Notes under the pieces: model-generated
Told to the model about the DNA's origin: nothing
The model's database searches: none
The model's input: the letters and a program-made list of their open reading frames with translations, nothing else
Made by a program: the position numbers and the translations under genes
Assembly: GCA_028864975.1 (NCBI GenBank)
Contig: JAGWLG010000039.1
Coordinates: 1-31,704 of the forward strand
Length of the DNA stretch: 31,704 nt
Origin: Thermoplasmata archaeon
GTDB lineage: Archaea; Thermoplasmatota; Thermoplasmata; Lutacidiplasmatales; UBA184
Direction of reading: 5' to 3'
Shown here: positions 8,001 to 16,368 of the stretch, one piece after another
How the letters are laid out: each line of letters begins with the position of its first letter
How positions within the stretch are numbered: position 1 is the first letter of the stretch

Positions 8001-10190
8001 ACCTTCAGCGGACGGCTCCTTCCGCAACCCAACGCCATCGTCGATGCTCCGGACATCACCTTCGCGACGGCGCTGCAGCCCTACATGAACTTCGACCAGA
8101 TGCATCCCCAGCTGAACCAGCAGTACCTGATCAATGCGAACGTCACGAACCTCGGTGGGAGCGCCGCCTTCTCCGTGGGCCTCCTGCTCTACGACGGGTC
8201 GCACATCCTTGGATCAGGTTCCGTTACGGCAGCGCCCGCGAGTTCCAGCGCGGGGGGGAATGTCAGCGCAGGGTCCGGGACTCTTTCGTTCGCATGGTCG
8301 CCGATGTTCGGTGCAACGAACGCCATCTCGGTAAGGATCACGACCGCCACCACCGACGGCATCATCCCAAATGTCTACCAGTATGCGGTCTGGAACCTCA
8401 CGGTCTACTTCTTCTATGATGACGGGGGAGCCGGCGAGAACGTTTGGACCCACCAGCAGCTCTCCTTGTGGCAGGACGCTCAATCCCCGGCGTGCGGGAC
8501 CCCGCTCACCGGGCAGAGCATCTACTACTCAGGCGGGAAGACCAACGTTCCGGTCATGTGGCCCCAGGGGCCCTCATCCTCTACCTTCCAAGGGTATGAG
8601 CCACCCGGGAACCCTTACCCCAGCTATGGAGTGGGAAGCTCCTACGGCTACTACTCGACAGGAAACGCCGTCTCCTGTACGGACAACTTCTACGACACGA
8701 ATACTGGCATCACGACATTCATCAACGGATACATCCCTGGCTACCCCAACTTGGAAGTCACCGGATGCACCAGTAACCCATCAACGAACTACTACTTCCA
8801 GATGAAGGACAATATCGGCAACTACGAGGGGTACTGCCCGGGCCACTGGGCCATGGATGGAATGGGCCCAGCTGACACGGGAGCCACAGGGGACGCTTGC
8901 TACGCGGTCATAGGGTCCACCTTCTGCGCATCGCTGGGCATCCTGGACGACTTCGAGAACCCCGACTTCGTCACCTCGTGGGCCTATAGCTCTCCCATCA
9001 CCATCCCCGGGGATGCAGGTACGTCGGCGTACGCCCAATGGTTCCAGCGATACGATCTCTCCGCCTCCTTCACCGGGGTCGTCGCCTGCGTTTCGTATTC
9101 GACCAACGGTGGATCCACCTGGCAGGGGACAGGATCGAACGCGGCCTGCAATGCAGGTCCCCGGGGGATCATCCCCACACCGGGACCAGGGTACACCGGT
9201 ACCGTTCCGCTCGGAGGGTCATGCACCCCCGTCAGCACGTTCACGGGCTCAAGCGCGAGCGGGACGTTTGGATGGGAGCTGGAAAGGATGGACCTCTCTC
9301 AGTACGCCGGCGACATGGTGCGCATCGGCTGGGACTACCTTGAGGGCAATCTGGGAGGCTGCGGAGGTGCCAACCCCACATCTCCCCAGGCCGGGTACTG
9401 GGCGAACAGCCTGGACATCTACACCACCAACGGCGGAACGATCACCTCCTCCGACCAGGTGACACCGCCCGCGATCCCCCCCGACCTCTGGCACGCAGCC
9501 ACGCGGCCCTACCTTGCGGGGCTGAGCGGGTACGGCGCTCCCCCGGCCACGGCCCAGGGCGGATGGCTCGCCGCCGCTCCGAGCGGCACGGGGACCCTGA
9601 CGCTCGACCCGAGCATGTGGGACTCCCTCGTGACCCGACCGGTGTCGCTGACGAATGCCGCGGGAGCGACCCTCTCCTTCGACTACCTCATCAATCGCAA
9701 CACGGGTGCCGCTGCCCCCGCCCAAGGCATGGCGGTCTTCATCAGTCCGGTTCTGTCGAACGGGGCCACTTCCTGGATCCAGATATGGAACGGGGGAACG
9801 GACGGGGTTTCGGGCACAAGCTGGAACCATGCGGGCCCGATCTCCCTCACGGGTTACCTGGGCGGGGTAGTCGAGCTCGCCTTCGTGGCGGGGACAAATA
9901 ACCTGGCCAGCGTGGGATATCCGAATCCCGGAGCCATGATGGTGACGGACGTTACGGTCTCGGGTCCCACCATCGTCTCCGCGATCGCCACGAACCCGGG
10001 GAGCTACCCGACCTCCCCGGCCCTCCAACAACCGACCCTGACGGTCTTCCCGGCTCCCGGTCAAATTGTCGGTGAGCTACATTTCATGTCACCCCAGGGC
10101 GGGACGGCGGCCCCTGTCGGATGGACCCCCCTAGCCGGGTCAGCTCCCAGGAGCCCGTGGCCCTCGGGCAAGTGGAAGGCCGGCGCCTGA
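4845..10190 (+). CDS. Giant (about 1,781 aa) type IV pilin-like / class III signal peptide adhesin, paralog B
   Basis: ATG 4845 follows an SD-like GAGGA (alternative start 4824). The leader ends ...GGRRA|VSEVIGTILILALTVVLFSAIFYFV, matching the archaeal Pilin_N/PibD cleavage pattern (compare KG|VSPVIGVILMVAITV). Next come Ig/CARDB-like segments, two alpha/beta modules and two MAM/cleaved-adhesin-like jelly-roll segments (SWAYSSPITI...WFQRYDLS...WELERMDLSQY...GYWANS). It has many sequons and Cys pairs. Confidence 0.88.
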   Translation: MQLTEPKTSARTPERSHPRAFSSPRRLSRGGRRAVSEVIGTILILALTVVLFSAIFYFVSTLPPPPSSSTSQFSAVLGIGGGTSPGESDINITYQAGPTLVSATTAIYLSSTVNAANYNCARSGSYGNPYTVSQGLAGAPNIWTAGQIWTLHLQVGATVCPGGALSAAGDNVTISIVDTAKNTLLFHVTLPGTTPNIPPLFLNYGVFAKGGGPLSAGTPYYVNTTVRSSDINCNSVYVSSSLLGIFSTARQMTPFDRCTYFSFGPVTSGSGGQTNPTANVQYSFVITASDNGTGAPAPQHNSVIFYATWVSASQGLASFSVTLTATPGNPQVDQGTAVTATFTNQGGAPAYGVNVTFRNTGTGWIKGPISDGQLNVSITNYTTAFWHAGPRAGNYQIWVWVNASGGVSNAAQIALTVFPRTLLIDESGVTPGTNASTDTFTYLETDFNSAAIPYNTTIVPPGSSVVSWGCAAPTCLNNYDVIVWLLSNAGTLSASDQNVLLNAFSPGQRSVWLVGAGAGVGLSGALLSDLGVANPTQVTLSSSAPTQLTPTGTNVPLNALPIQNYWLDGWLPAQGEVGAVFAQPYYTTSNLAGSGQAFLTTTGNTCSATQKFCDAVDVNRTYKSMFMPMELSAEARSMPWGSATSYVTALGSQASTVYDVFNWLGNFSVLNPHRSGADWAVSSVDVQPSVLTFNTPSYVNYTIRNNGPASGAFTVELLVNGLPYYVAGTPVTATVNPSPLGGIVRGSFNWTPNEIGFLTVGVQIIPPAGDLDPANNMMSNSLFAQQLYVHYSVLLVDSTGSLSIPGWTGTATCFTATCHDTTYFVRNLLLADGFPGNTISIAYVTSPTNSLGATVLSALQAAPPRFNLVVWNLGDEIGTSSVCPVSSTDITALQTFLNNGGRTSSLLFVGGGLVATNSACTGYASTSAFLSGYLGVLAPSPASSVVAGAVLYGQIGNPVGNGVALAYAGTGVGIGNYTWHQFGATPPGDWKQFSLYYNAPDPWSIPANPNVAASNLYSGTGGWHAGYWAFNIEGVAAGGGVGGLETYLLQFATFSGRLLPQPNAIVDAPDITFATALQPYMNFDQMHPQLNQQYLINANVTNLGGSAAFSVGLLLYDGSHILGSGSVTAAPASSSAGGNVSAGSGTLSFAWSPMFGATNAISVRITTATTDGIIPNVYQYAVWNLTVYFFYDDGGAGENVWTHQQLSLWQDAQSPACGTPLTGQSIYYSGGKTNVPVMWPQGPSSSTFQGYEPPGNPYPSYGVGSSYGYYSTGNAVSCTDNFYDTNTGITTFINGYIPGYPNLEVTGCTSNPSTNYYFQMKDNIGNYEGYCPGHWAMDGMGPADTGATGDACYAVIGSTFCASLGILDDFENPDFVTSWAYSSPITIPGDAGTSAYAQWFQRYDLSASFTGVVACVSYSTNGGSTWQGTGSNAACNAGPRGIIPTPGPGYTGTVPLGGSCTPVSTFTGSSASGTFGWELERMDLSQYAGDMVRIGWDYLEGNLGGCGGANPTSPQAGYWANSLDIYTTNGGTITSSDQVTPPAIPPDLWHAATRPYLAGLSGYGAPPATAQGGWLAAAPSGTGTLTLDPSMWDSLVTRPVSLTNAAGATLSFDYLINRNTGAAAPAQGMAVFISPVLSNGATSWIQIWNGGTDGVSGTSWNHAGPISLTGYLGGVVELAFVAGTNNLASVGYPNPGAMMVTDVTVSGPTIVSAIATNPGSYPTSPALQQPTLTVFPAPGQIVGELHFMSPQGGTAAPVGWTPLAGSAPRSPWPSGKWKAGA
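5311..5437 (+). repeat. Exact 127-bp direct repeat, copy 2 (identical to 1..127)
   Basis: Direct comparison. It encodes ATVCPGGALSAAGDNVTISIVDTAKNTLLFHVTLPGTTPNI. Confidence 0.97.
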
Positions 10191-10204
10191 ACGGGGTGGC
10201 GCGC

Positions 10205-10226
10205 ACCGGAGCCGTGACGTTCCGGT
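10205..10226. terminator. Short hairpin between convergent genes
   Basis: ACCGGA / TCCGGT 6-bp stem with a 10-nt loop, followed by CCCTTTC, in the 55-bp gap between convergent stop codons. Confidence 0.35.
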
Positions 10227-10245
10227 CCCTTTCGAGCCCGTGCGA

Positions 10246-11427
10246 CTAGGGAGATTCCCGGTCCGCAGGGCCGGCTCCGTCAGCCGCGGACTGGGTGGTC
10301 GAGTCCCCTGTCGGGAGGGGAGCGGCCTTGCCCGAGGGGAGAGGCTGCACTCCAGGGCCGCCCTCTGACTGCTCTGCCCCACCCTCGTACCTAATCGACA
10401 CCGTCTTCTCCGGCACCTCGGAGAGGCTCTTCTTGCACTTCCAGCAGGTGGACTCCCCCTTGTCGACGACCGCACCACAGTGCGGGCAGCGCAGCTCCTC
10501 CGCGGGGGGTCCGCCCTCGCCACTCTCCCCCGCCGCGGCGGCCTTCGCCTTGGCGAGGCGCATCCGCTCACGGCCCTTGAGGTAGGAGTAGATCAGGATG
10601 ATCGCCGTGAGGACGGCGACCAAGAGGAGCATCGAGAGGTAGAAGTCGGGGAGGAGCAACGCGTAGACCCCGCCGAAGTCGGTGGTGATGGGGCCTTGGG
10701 TGTAAGAGCAGCCTCCATACCCTGACCCCGCGCCCCCAGGCACGGTGCAGCTCCAACCGCCCCAGTGGGCGTTGAAGCCGAAGATGTTGACGCTCTCCGC
10801 GCCGACGCTCGCGACCTCGGTCAGGAACATGAAGTAGTAGATCTCTCCGGGGGCCAGGTCAGAGACGTTGAAGGTCAGCTCGAAGGGCCAGGTCGCGTTC
10901 TGTTGCGTAGGGGAGAGCCAGTAGGTGATATTGTGGAACTTCTCATGCGGGGTAAGGTAGCAAGCTCCCTGCGAAGAGTTGGTGTCGTAGGCGCAGTTGG
11001 AGATCCACAGGTCGACCGCTTTGAGAGTGATGTTCTTGACGAGGAAGTGGTTCGAGACGTCCACCTGGAACTTGTAGACCTGTCCGTGATGGTTGCTCTC
11101 CCAAGGTGAGACGGTCGCGTTCTGGAGGACGTTGTCCGCGCTCCCCGCGAGCGGGGAGGGAACGACGGCGACCTGGGTCACGACCAGACCCGTGACCAAG
11201 GGAGCGAAGAGAAGGCAGGCGAGCGCGGCCGCGAGCATCTTGCGAAGCGAGGTCTTCCAGCCAACGTAGATGGGAAGTCCGAAGGCGACGAGGAGCATCA
11301 GGAGGGCTCCGACGGGGATCCCGAGCTCCCCTACGAAGAACCCGGAGAGCAGGACGATGATGGCGAGGTAGACCCCGAAGCCGATCGGGGTCTTCCCAAA
11401 CGCGCGTACCCGCTCCTTGAACGCCAC
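10246..11427 (-). CDS. Membrane protein with an extracellular Cys-containing domain and a cytoplasmic zinc ribbon
   Basis: Three N-terminal hydrophobic helices, a sequon-rich beta domain (NAT, NIT), a further TM (FYLSMLLLVAVLTAIILIYSYL), then CPHCGAVVDKGESTCWKC. Confidence 0.75.
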   Translation of the reverse strand: MAFKERVRAFGKTPIGFGVYLAIIVLLSGFFVGELGIPVGALLMLLVAFGLPIYVGWKTSLRKMLAAALACLLFAPLVTGLVVTQVAVVPSPLAGSADNVLQNATVSPWESNHHGQVYKFQVDVSNHFLVKNITLKAVDLWISNCAYDTNSSQGACYLTPHEKFHNITYWLSPTQQNATWPFELTFNVSDLAPGEIYYFMFLTEVASVGAESVNIFGFNAHWGGWSCTVPGGAGSGYGGCSYTQGPITTDFGGVYALLLPDFYLSMLLLVAVLTAIILIYSYLKGRERMRLAKAKAAAAGESGEGGPPAEELRCPHCGAVVDKGESTCWKCKKSLSEVPEKTVSIRYEGGAEQSEGGPGVQPLPSGKAAPLPTGDSTTQSAADGAGPADRESP

Positions 11428-11453
11428 GACGGAGGGGCCGAGGAACGGTACTG

Positions 11454-11459
11454 CTTAAG
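11454..11459. promoter_or_regulatory. Palindromic CTTAAG TATA-like box between divergent genes
   Basis: It is the only AT-rich element in the 55-bp spacer, about 24-27 nt from both GTG starts (11427 minus, 11483 plus). That fits archaeal leaderless promoter spacing. Confidence 0.55.
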
Positions 11460-11482
11460 AGGATGGGGGACCCCTCTCGGGC

Positions 11483-12892
11483 GTGCTTCCCGAGGGGCCC
11501 GCCCGTCACGCGGCGACCTCCGATCGCCAGGGCGCCATCCCTTGTGCACTCATCGTGCTAGACGGGCTCGGAGATCGCCCCAACCCGGCCCTCGGAGGGA
11601 AGAGCCCGTTGGAGGCGGCCGCCACGCCCAACCTCGACCGCCTCTCCGCACGGGGGGCCGTGGGGACCGTCGTCACCGTCGGGGTCGGGATCGCCCCGGA
11701 GTCGGACGCTGGGGTGCTGGGCCTCCTGGGCTATGACCCGAGGACCGATTCCCCCGGTCGTGGGGTCCTAGAAGCTGAGGGGGTCGGACTTCACATCGAG
11801 GACGGACAGGTCGCTTTCCGGTTCAACTTCGCGACGGTCGGGAGCAAGAACGTCGTCAAGGATGCCCGGGTGGGGCGTTCCCTCAGCACCGACGAGGCCC
11901 GAGAGCTGGCCACCGCCCTCACGGACGCAGACCTGCTGGGACGCGAGGGGGTCGAGTCGAGGGTCGTGGCGACGGTCGGACACCGAGGCGTCGTTCGGTT
12001 CTCCTCGAAGAAGGGGGAACGGCTCTCCCCGGAGGTCTCCAACTCGGACCCGTTCTACGAGAAAGTGGGAGGGCTCGGCCACGCCGTCAAACCCGAGCGG
12101 CCCCAAGTTCGGAAGGTCCGTCCGTTGGACGGGACCCCGGCGGCCGCGCGGACGGCAGATCTTGTGAACCTCTTCGTCGATCGGGTGCCCGCGATCCTTC
12201 ACGACCAACAGGTCAACGTCCGTCGAAGGGCTTCGGGGAAGCTCGAAGCGAACCACCTCCTGATGAGGGACGCCGGGACCTCGCCCAAGGGTCTGAGGAC
12301 CTTTCGAGAACGGTGGGGGGTCGAAGGTGCCGCGCTGACGGAGATGCCCGTGGAGAGAGGACTCGCCCGCCTTCTCGAACTCGAGGACGTCTTCGTCGGC
12401 CCCGTCGACCCCGAGAAGCGAGCGGAGGGGTATGAAGAGAGGGCGACACGCTGCCGCGAGCTGCTCCGCCGCCAGCCGTTCCTCTACGTTCACTTGAAGG
12501 GCCCGGACGAACCAGGACACGACGGCGACGCCCCAAAGAAACGCGAGATCATCGAGGCCTTGGACGCGCACTTCTTCGGCCCCTTCCTCAAGGGGCTGGA
12601 CCTCTCCGGTTGCCGTCTCCTCGTCACCGCCGACCACGCCACCCCGTGCATCCTCAAGGGACACTCGGACGACCCCGTGCCCGTCCTGTTGGCGGGCTCA
12701 GGGGTTCCCCAGGGTTCTCACCCGAAGGGCCCTCCACCAAAGTTCTCCGAGGAGCGATGCTCCCACGGTCCCCTGAACGGGCTGATGGGCCGGGAGCTCC
12801 TCGACCATCTCTTCCACCCGAAGATGGCCCCGCTGGAGCCGAGAGGGCGCGGAGCTGGTGTGGCCTCTCCCGCAGCGACCTCGACAGGCTGA
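11483..12892 (+). CDS. apgM: 2,3-bisphosphoglycerate-independent phosphoglycerate mutase, archaeal type
   Basis: Alkaline-phosphatase-superfamily metal motifs: IVLDGLGDRP, PESDAG (phospho-Ser), HLKGPDEPGHDGD and TADHATP. Confidence 0.9.
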   Translation: MLPEGPARHAATSDRQGAIPCALIVLDGLGDRPNPALGGKSPLEAAATPNLDRLSARGAVGTVVTVGVGIAPESDAGVLGLLGYDPRTDSPGRGVLEAEGVGLHIEDGQVAFRFNFATVGSKNVVKDARVGRSLSTDEARELATALTDADLLGREGVESRVVATVGHRGVVRFSSKKGERLSPEVSNSDPFYEKVGGLGHAVKPERPQVRKVRPLDGTPAAARTADLVNLFVDRVPAILHDQQVNVRRRASGKLEANHLLMRDAGTSPKGLRTFRERWGVEGAALTEMPVERGLARLLELEDVFVGPVDPEKRAEGYEERATRCRELLRRQPFLYVHLKGPDEPGHDGDAPKKREIIEALDAHFFGPFLKGLDLSGCRLLVTADHATPCILKGHSDDPVPVLLAGSGVPQGSHPKGPPPKFSEERCSHGPLNGLMGRELLDHLFHPKMAPLEPRGRGAGVASPAATSTG

Positions 12893-12898
12893 CCCCCC

Positions 12899-13918
12899 AT
12901 GCGGGCTCAGGCGCTCACCGTGGAGCGCGCGAAGGGGGAGCAAGTACGTCGGGCGCTTGTAGCCGGTGGCTGGCTCCGAGGGGACCTTAGACCGAAACGA
13001 AGTGCGATCGAGGTCGTCTATCCGATCGTCGGGCTCCCCGCCGACCTTCCGCCGGGCGTTGAGGGCATCCTCTCCGAAGAGGACTTCGAGCCGTCGGGGG
13101 AGAAGGGACCTCGCGACTATCACTCGCTGGTCGATCTTCCCGAGCCGCTGCGCCAAGAACTTCCGAGCTCGTTCGACGTGGTGGGCGACATCGTTCTGAT
13201 CCGACTCCCCGACGTGCTTCTGCCCCATCGGCGATCCATCGGAGCGGCCCTCCTATCCTTCGTCCCCGGATGCAGGAAGGTCGGGTTGGACCGAGGGGTG
13301 GAAGGGGTGGCCAGGTTGCGCTCGCTCGAGGAGATCGCGGGGGAGGGAAGCTGGGCGACCGTACATCGCGAGAATGGGATCTCTCTCGCCGTGGACCTGG
13401 AACACGCCTACTTCTCCCCGCGCCTCGCCAGCGAGCATGCGCGGGTCGCCTCGCTGGTGACCCCGGGCGAACGACTGCTCGACCTCTTCTGCGGGGTCGG
13501 GCCTTTCTGCCTGACCGCGCTTCGGGCCCAGAAGAGCGCCACGGCCCTCGCCGTGGACCTGAACCCATCGGCCGTCGCCCTTCTGCGCGAGAACGCGAGG
13601 CGGCTTCGCGTGCAGTACCGCCTGGAAGTCCTCGAGGCCGATGCCGAGGACTTTCTTCGGCGTGACGAGCGCTTCTCGCGCGTGGTGATGAACCTCCCCC
13701 GCGAAGGATATATGTACGTCGCCAAGGTCGCTCGCCATGTCATGCCAGCGGGGACGCTCCACCACTACGAGGTCGTGCCGCGCGCGCGTGCAGCGGAGCG
13801 CCTGAGGGAGCTCTCCACCCTCGTAGGTCCAGAGTGGTCGGTCGACACCCCCCGTGTCGTCCATGCCTACAATCCCACCTCGGACCTTCTGGCCTGGACC
13901 CTCCATCGGGGAGCGTGA
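12899..13918 (+). CDS. trm5: Trm5/Met-10+-family class I SAM-dependent tRNA methyltransferase
   Basis: SFDVVGDIVLI, HRENG, YFSPRLASEHAR, LDLFCGVGPF (SAM-binding) and RVVMNLP. Exact specificity (m1G37 vs wyosine pathway) cannot be resolved by eye. Confidence 0.8.
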   Translation: MRAQALTVERAKGEQVRRALVAGGWLRGDLRPKRSAIEVVYPIVGLPADLPPGVEGILSEEDFEPSGEKGPRDYHSLVDLPEPLRQELPSSFDVVGDIVLIRLPDVLLPHRRSIGAALLSFVPGCRKVGLDRGVEGVARLRSLEEIAGEGSWATVHRENGISLAVDLEHAYFSPRLASEHARVASLVTPGERLLDLFCGVGPFCLTALRAQKSATALAVDLNPSAVALLRENARRLRVQYRLEVLEADAEDFLRRDERFSRVVMNLPREGYMYVAKVARHVMPAGTLHHYEVVPRARAAERLRELSTLVGPEWSVDTPRVVHAYNPTSDLLAWTLHRGA

Positions 13919-13920
13919 AG

Positions 13921-16317
13921 ATGGCCGTCCCGCTCGTCGCTGCGACCGCCCTGGTCGTGGACCTCTCCGAGGTCTCGGACCGCGACCACCTCCGTGTCGG
14001 GGGGAAGGCCTGCAAACTGGGCGAACTCGTTCGAACGGGGCTGCCGATCCCTCCGGGGTTCGTCGTCACGACGGCCTCCTACGACGCCTACCTTCGAGAG
14101 ACGACCGTCGGCGCGGTCGTACAAAAGGAGCTGGAAGGCCTCGACCCGGACCGGGCCGACTCGGTCGAGGAGGCAAGCTCCCGCATCCGCAAGGCCTTCC
14201 AGGACACCCCTTTCCCCCCCGAGCTGGAGAAGATCGTCCGCGACACCTACGTGGCCTTCGCCAAGAGGCACAAGGTCGCCTATTGTGCGGTCCGATCCTC
14301 GGCGACCGCAGAGGACCTCGCCGACGCGAGCTTCGCGGGGCTCCAGGAGACCTACCTCAACGTCTCGACCCCCGACGAGGTGCTCGCCAACGTCCGGCGA
14401 TGCTGGGGGTCGCTCTTCACCCCGAGGGTCATGGTCTACCGCCGGCGGAAGAACATCTCGCACTTCGACGTGAAGCTCGCCGTCCTCGTCCAGAAGATGG
14501 TCGATTCCGCGGTCTCCGGGATCATGTTCACGGCCGACCCGAACACCGGCGAGAGGCACACCATCGTGGAAGCGGGTTGGGGCCTCGGGGAGCTCATCGT
14601 CGGTGGGGAGGTCACCCCCGACCACTACGTGGTGGACCCGGCCGGGCCCCGGATCGTGCTCAAGAAGATCTCGAAGCAGTCGGTCAAGCTCGTTCGGGAG
14701 GACGGCGGGGGGAACCGCCGCATCGAGGTGGCGGGCCCGAACCAAGAGGCCCCCAAGCTCTCCGACGCTCAGATCCTGCGGCTCACCTCGCTCGGGAAGG
14801 TGATCGAGGCCCATTATCGGCGCCCGATGGACATCGAGTGGTGCCTGGAGGACGGAGAGCTCTACGTGGTCCAAGCGCGGCCGATCACCACGGGTGGGGC
14901 CGCGCCTGCGAAGGTCTCTAAGGGGGGAGCCGCTGAGCCCCGGGTGATGGAAGCTCTCGCCCCCTCGAAGGAACCTCACGGCACCGGTGCCCTGTCGAAG
15001 ATCCTGCTCCGTGGGCTCGGAGCGAGCCCCGGGAACGCTGAGGCCCGGGTCCGACGCATTAGCGGCGTCACCGACATGGACCAGCTTCGCCCCGGTGAGG
15101 TCCTGGTAACCTCGATGACCATGCCGGACATGGTCCCCGCGATGTCGAGAGCAGCGGCCATCGTCACGGACGAGGGGGGGATGACCTGCCACGCCGCGAT
15201 CGTTTCCCGCGAGCTCGGAGTTCCCTGCGTCGTGGGCACCCGGGAGGCGACCAAGGTGCTCCGCGACGGGCAGGAGGTCACGGTCGATGGGAAGGCCGGG
15301 ATCGTCTACGAGGGGTTCCAGAGCGGCGGAGGCCCGCATGCCGCGGCCCCGGCCAAGGCTTCGGTGCCCTCCGGAGGGTTCATCGGCCACCACGTGCCCG
15401 CGACGGCCACGAAGATCTACGTCAATGTCTCGATCCCCGACAAGGCGAAGGAGTACAGCGAGCTCCCCGTCCAGGGCGTGGGGCTCTTCCGCATCGAGTT
15501 CCTATTCACGAGCTACGTGCGGAACCACCCGATGGCCCTCATCAAAGAGGGGAAGGGCAAGGAACTGGTCGAGCGTCTCGCTGCGGGGATCGAGAAGGTC
15601 TGCGAGGCGTTCAACCCTCGCCCGGTGATCATCCGGACGAGCGACTTCAAGACCAACGAGTACCGCGGCATGCCCGGCGGGGCACCCTACGAACCCGAGG
15701 AGAACAACCCGATGATCGGGTGGCGGGGTTGCTCCCGGTACGTCTCTCCCCAGTACCGTGACGCCTTCCTGCTCGAGCTCGAGGCCATCCAGCACGTGCG
15801 GTCGGTCCGTGGCTTCCGCAACGCCCACGTGATGCTCCCGTTCGTGCGCAACACCCAGGAGCTCGAGCTCATCGAACGGATGATGGAGCAGAAGGGGCTG
15901 ATCCGCGGCCCCGACTTCAAGCTCTACCTCATGGCCGAGGTCCCCTCCACCGTGTTCCGGGCACGAGAGTTCTCCGAGTACTGCGACGGGTTCTCGATCG
16001 GGTCGAACGACCTGACCCAGCTGGTCATGGGCGCGGACCGCGACTCGGACATCTTGGGAAAGATGGGCTACTTCGACGAACGGGACCCCGCGGTGCTCAA
16101 GGCCGTCGAGATGCTCATCCAGGGCGCTCACGAGAAGGGTCGGACCGTCGGGATCTGCGGGCAGGCGCCCAGTGTCTATCCCGAGTTCACGGAGTTCCTG
16201 GTCCGCCACGGGATCGACACGATCTCGCTCAACGCGGACACCGTGGTCTCTACGACCAGGATCGTGGCCAGCGCAGAGCAGAAGATCCTGATGGAACGCG
16301 CCCGTCGTCCGACCTGA
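13921..16317 (+). CDS. ppsA: Phosphoenolpyruvate synthase (pyruvate, water dikinase)
   Basis: VGGKACKLGEL, AVRSSATAEDLADASFAGLQETYLNV, GGMTCHAAIVSRE (phospho-His), SDFKTNEY, NPMIGWRG, FSIGSNDLTQ and GICGQAPS. ATG 13921 is 2 nt after the trm5 stop. Confidence 0.95.
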   Translation: MAVPLVAATALVVDLSEVSDRDHLRVGGKACKLGELVRTGLPIPPGFVVTTASYDAYLRETTVGAVVQKELEGLDPDRADSVEEASSRIRKAFQDTPFPPELEKIVRDTYVAFAKRHKVAYCAVRSSATAEDLADASFAGLQETYLNVSTPDEVLANVRRCWGSLFTPRVMVYRRRKNISHFDVKLAVLVQKMVDSAVSGIMFTADPNTGERHTIVEAGWGLGELIVGGEVTPDHYVVDPAGPRIVLKKISKQSVKLVREDGGGNRRIEVAGPNQEAPKLSDAQILRLTSLGKVIEAHYRRPMDIEWCLEDGELYVVQARPITTGGAAPAKVSKGGAAEPRVMEALAPSKEPHGTGALSKILLRGLGASPGNAEARVRRISGVTDMDQLRPGEVLVTSMTMPDMVPAMSRAAAIVTDEGGMTCHAAIVSRELGVPCVVGTREATKVLRDGQEVTVDGKAGIVYEGFQSGGGPHAAAPAKASVPSGGFIGHHVPATATKIYVNVSIPDKAKEYSELPVQGVGLFRIEFLFTSYVRNHPMALIKEGKGKELVERLAAGIEKVCEAFNPRPVIIRTSDFKTNEYRGMPGGAPYEPEENNPMIGWRGCSRYVSPQYRDAFLLELEAIQHVRSVRGFRNAHVMLPFVRNTQELELIERMMEQKGLIRGPDFKLYLMAEVPSTVFRAREFSEYCDGFSIGSNDLTQLVMGADRDSDILGKMGYFDERDPAVLKAVEMLIQGAHEKGRTVGICGQAPSVYPEFTEFLVRHGIDTISLNADTVVSTTRIVASAEQKILMERARRPT

Positions 16318-16368
16318 GGAACCCCCGCCGGGGAACGATCGGCGACGACCCCGCCGACCCCTCCACGG

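Noticed and set aside
13867-15393. 508-aa minus-strand ORF (also 17620..19248 +, 27267..28613 + and 28066..29442 +)
   Set aside because: Each lies antisense to a confidently identified gene (ppsA, GH5, ahcY, phosphoesterase). Long stop-free shadow frames are expected at this GC content.
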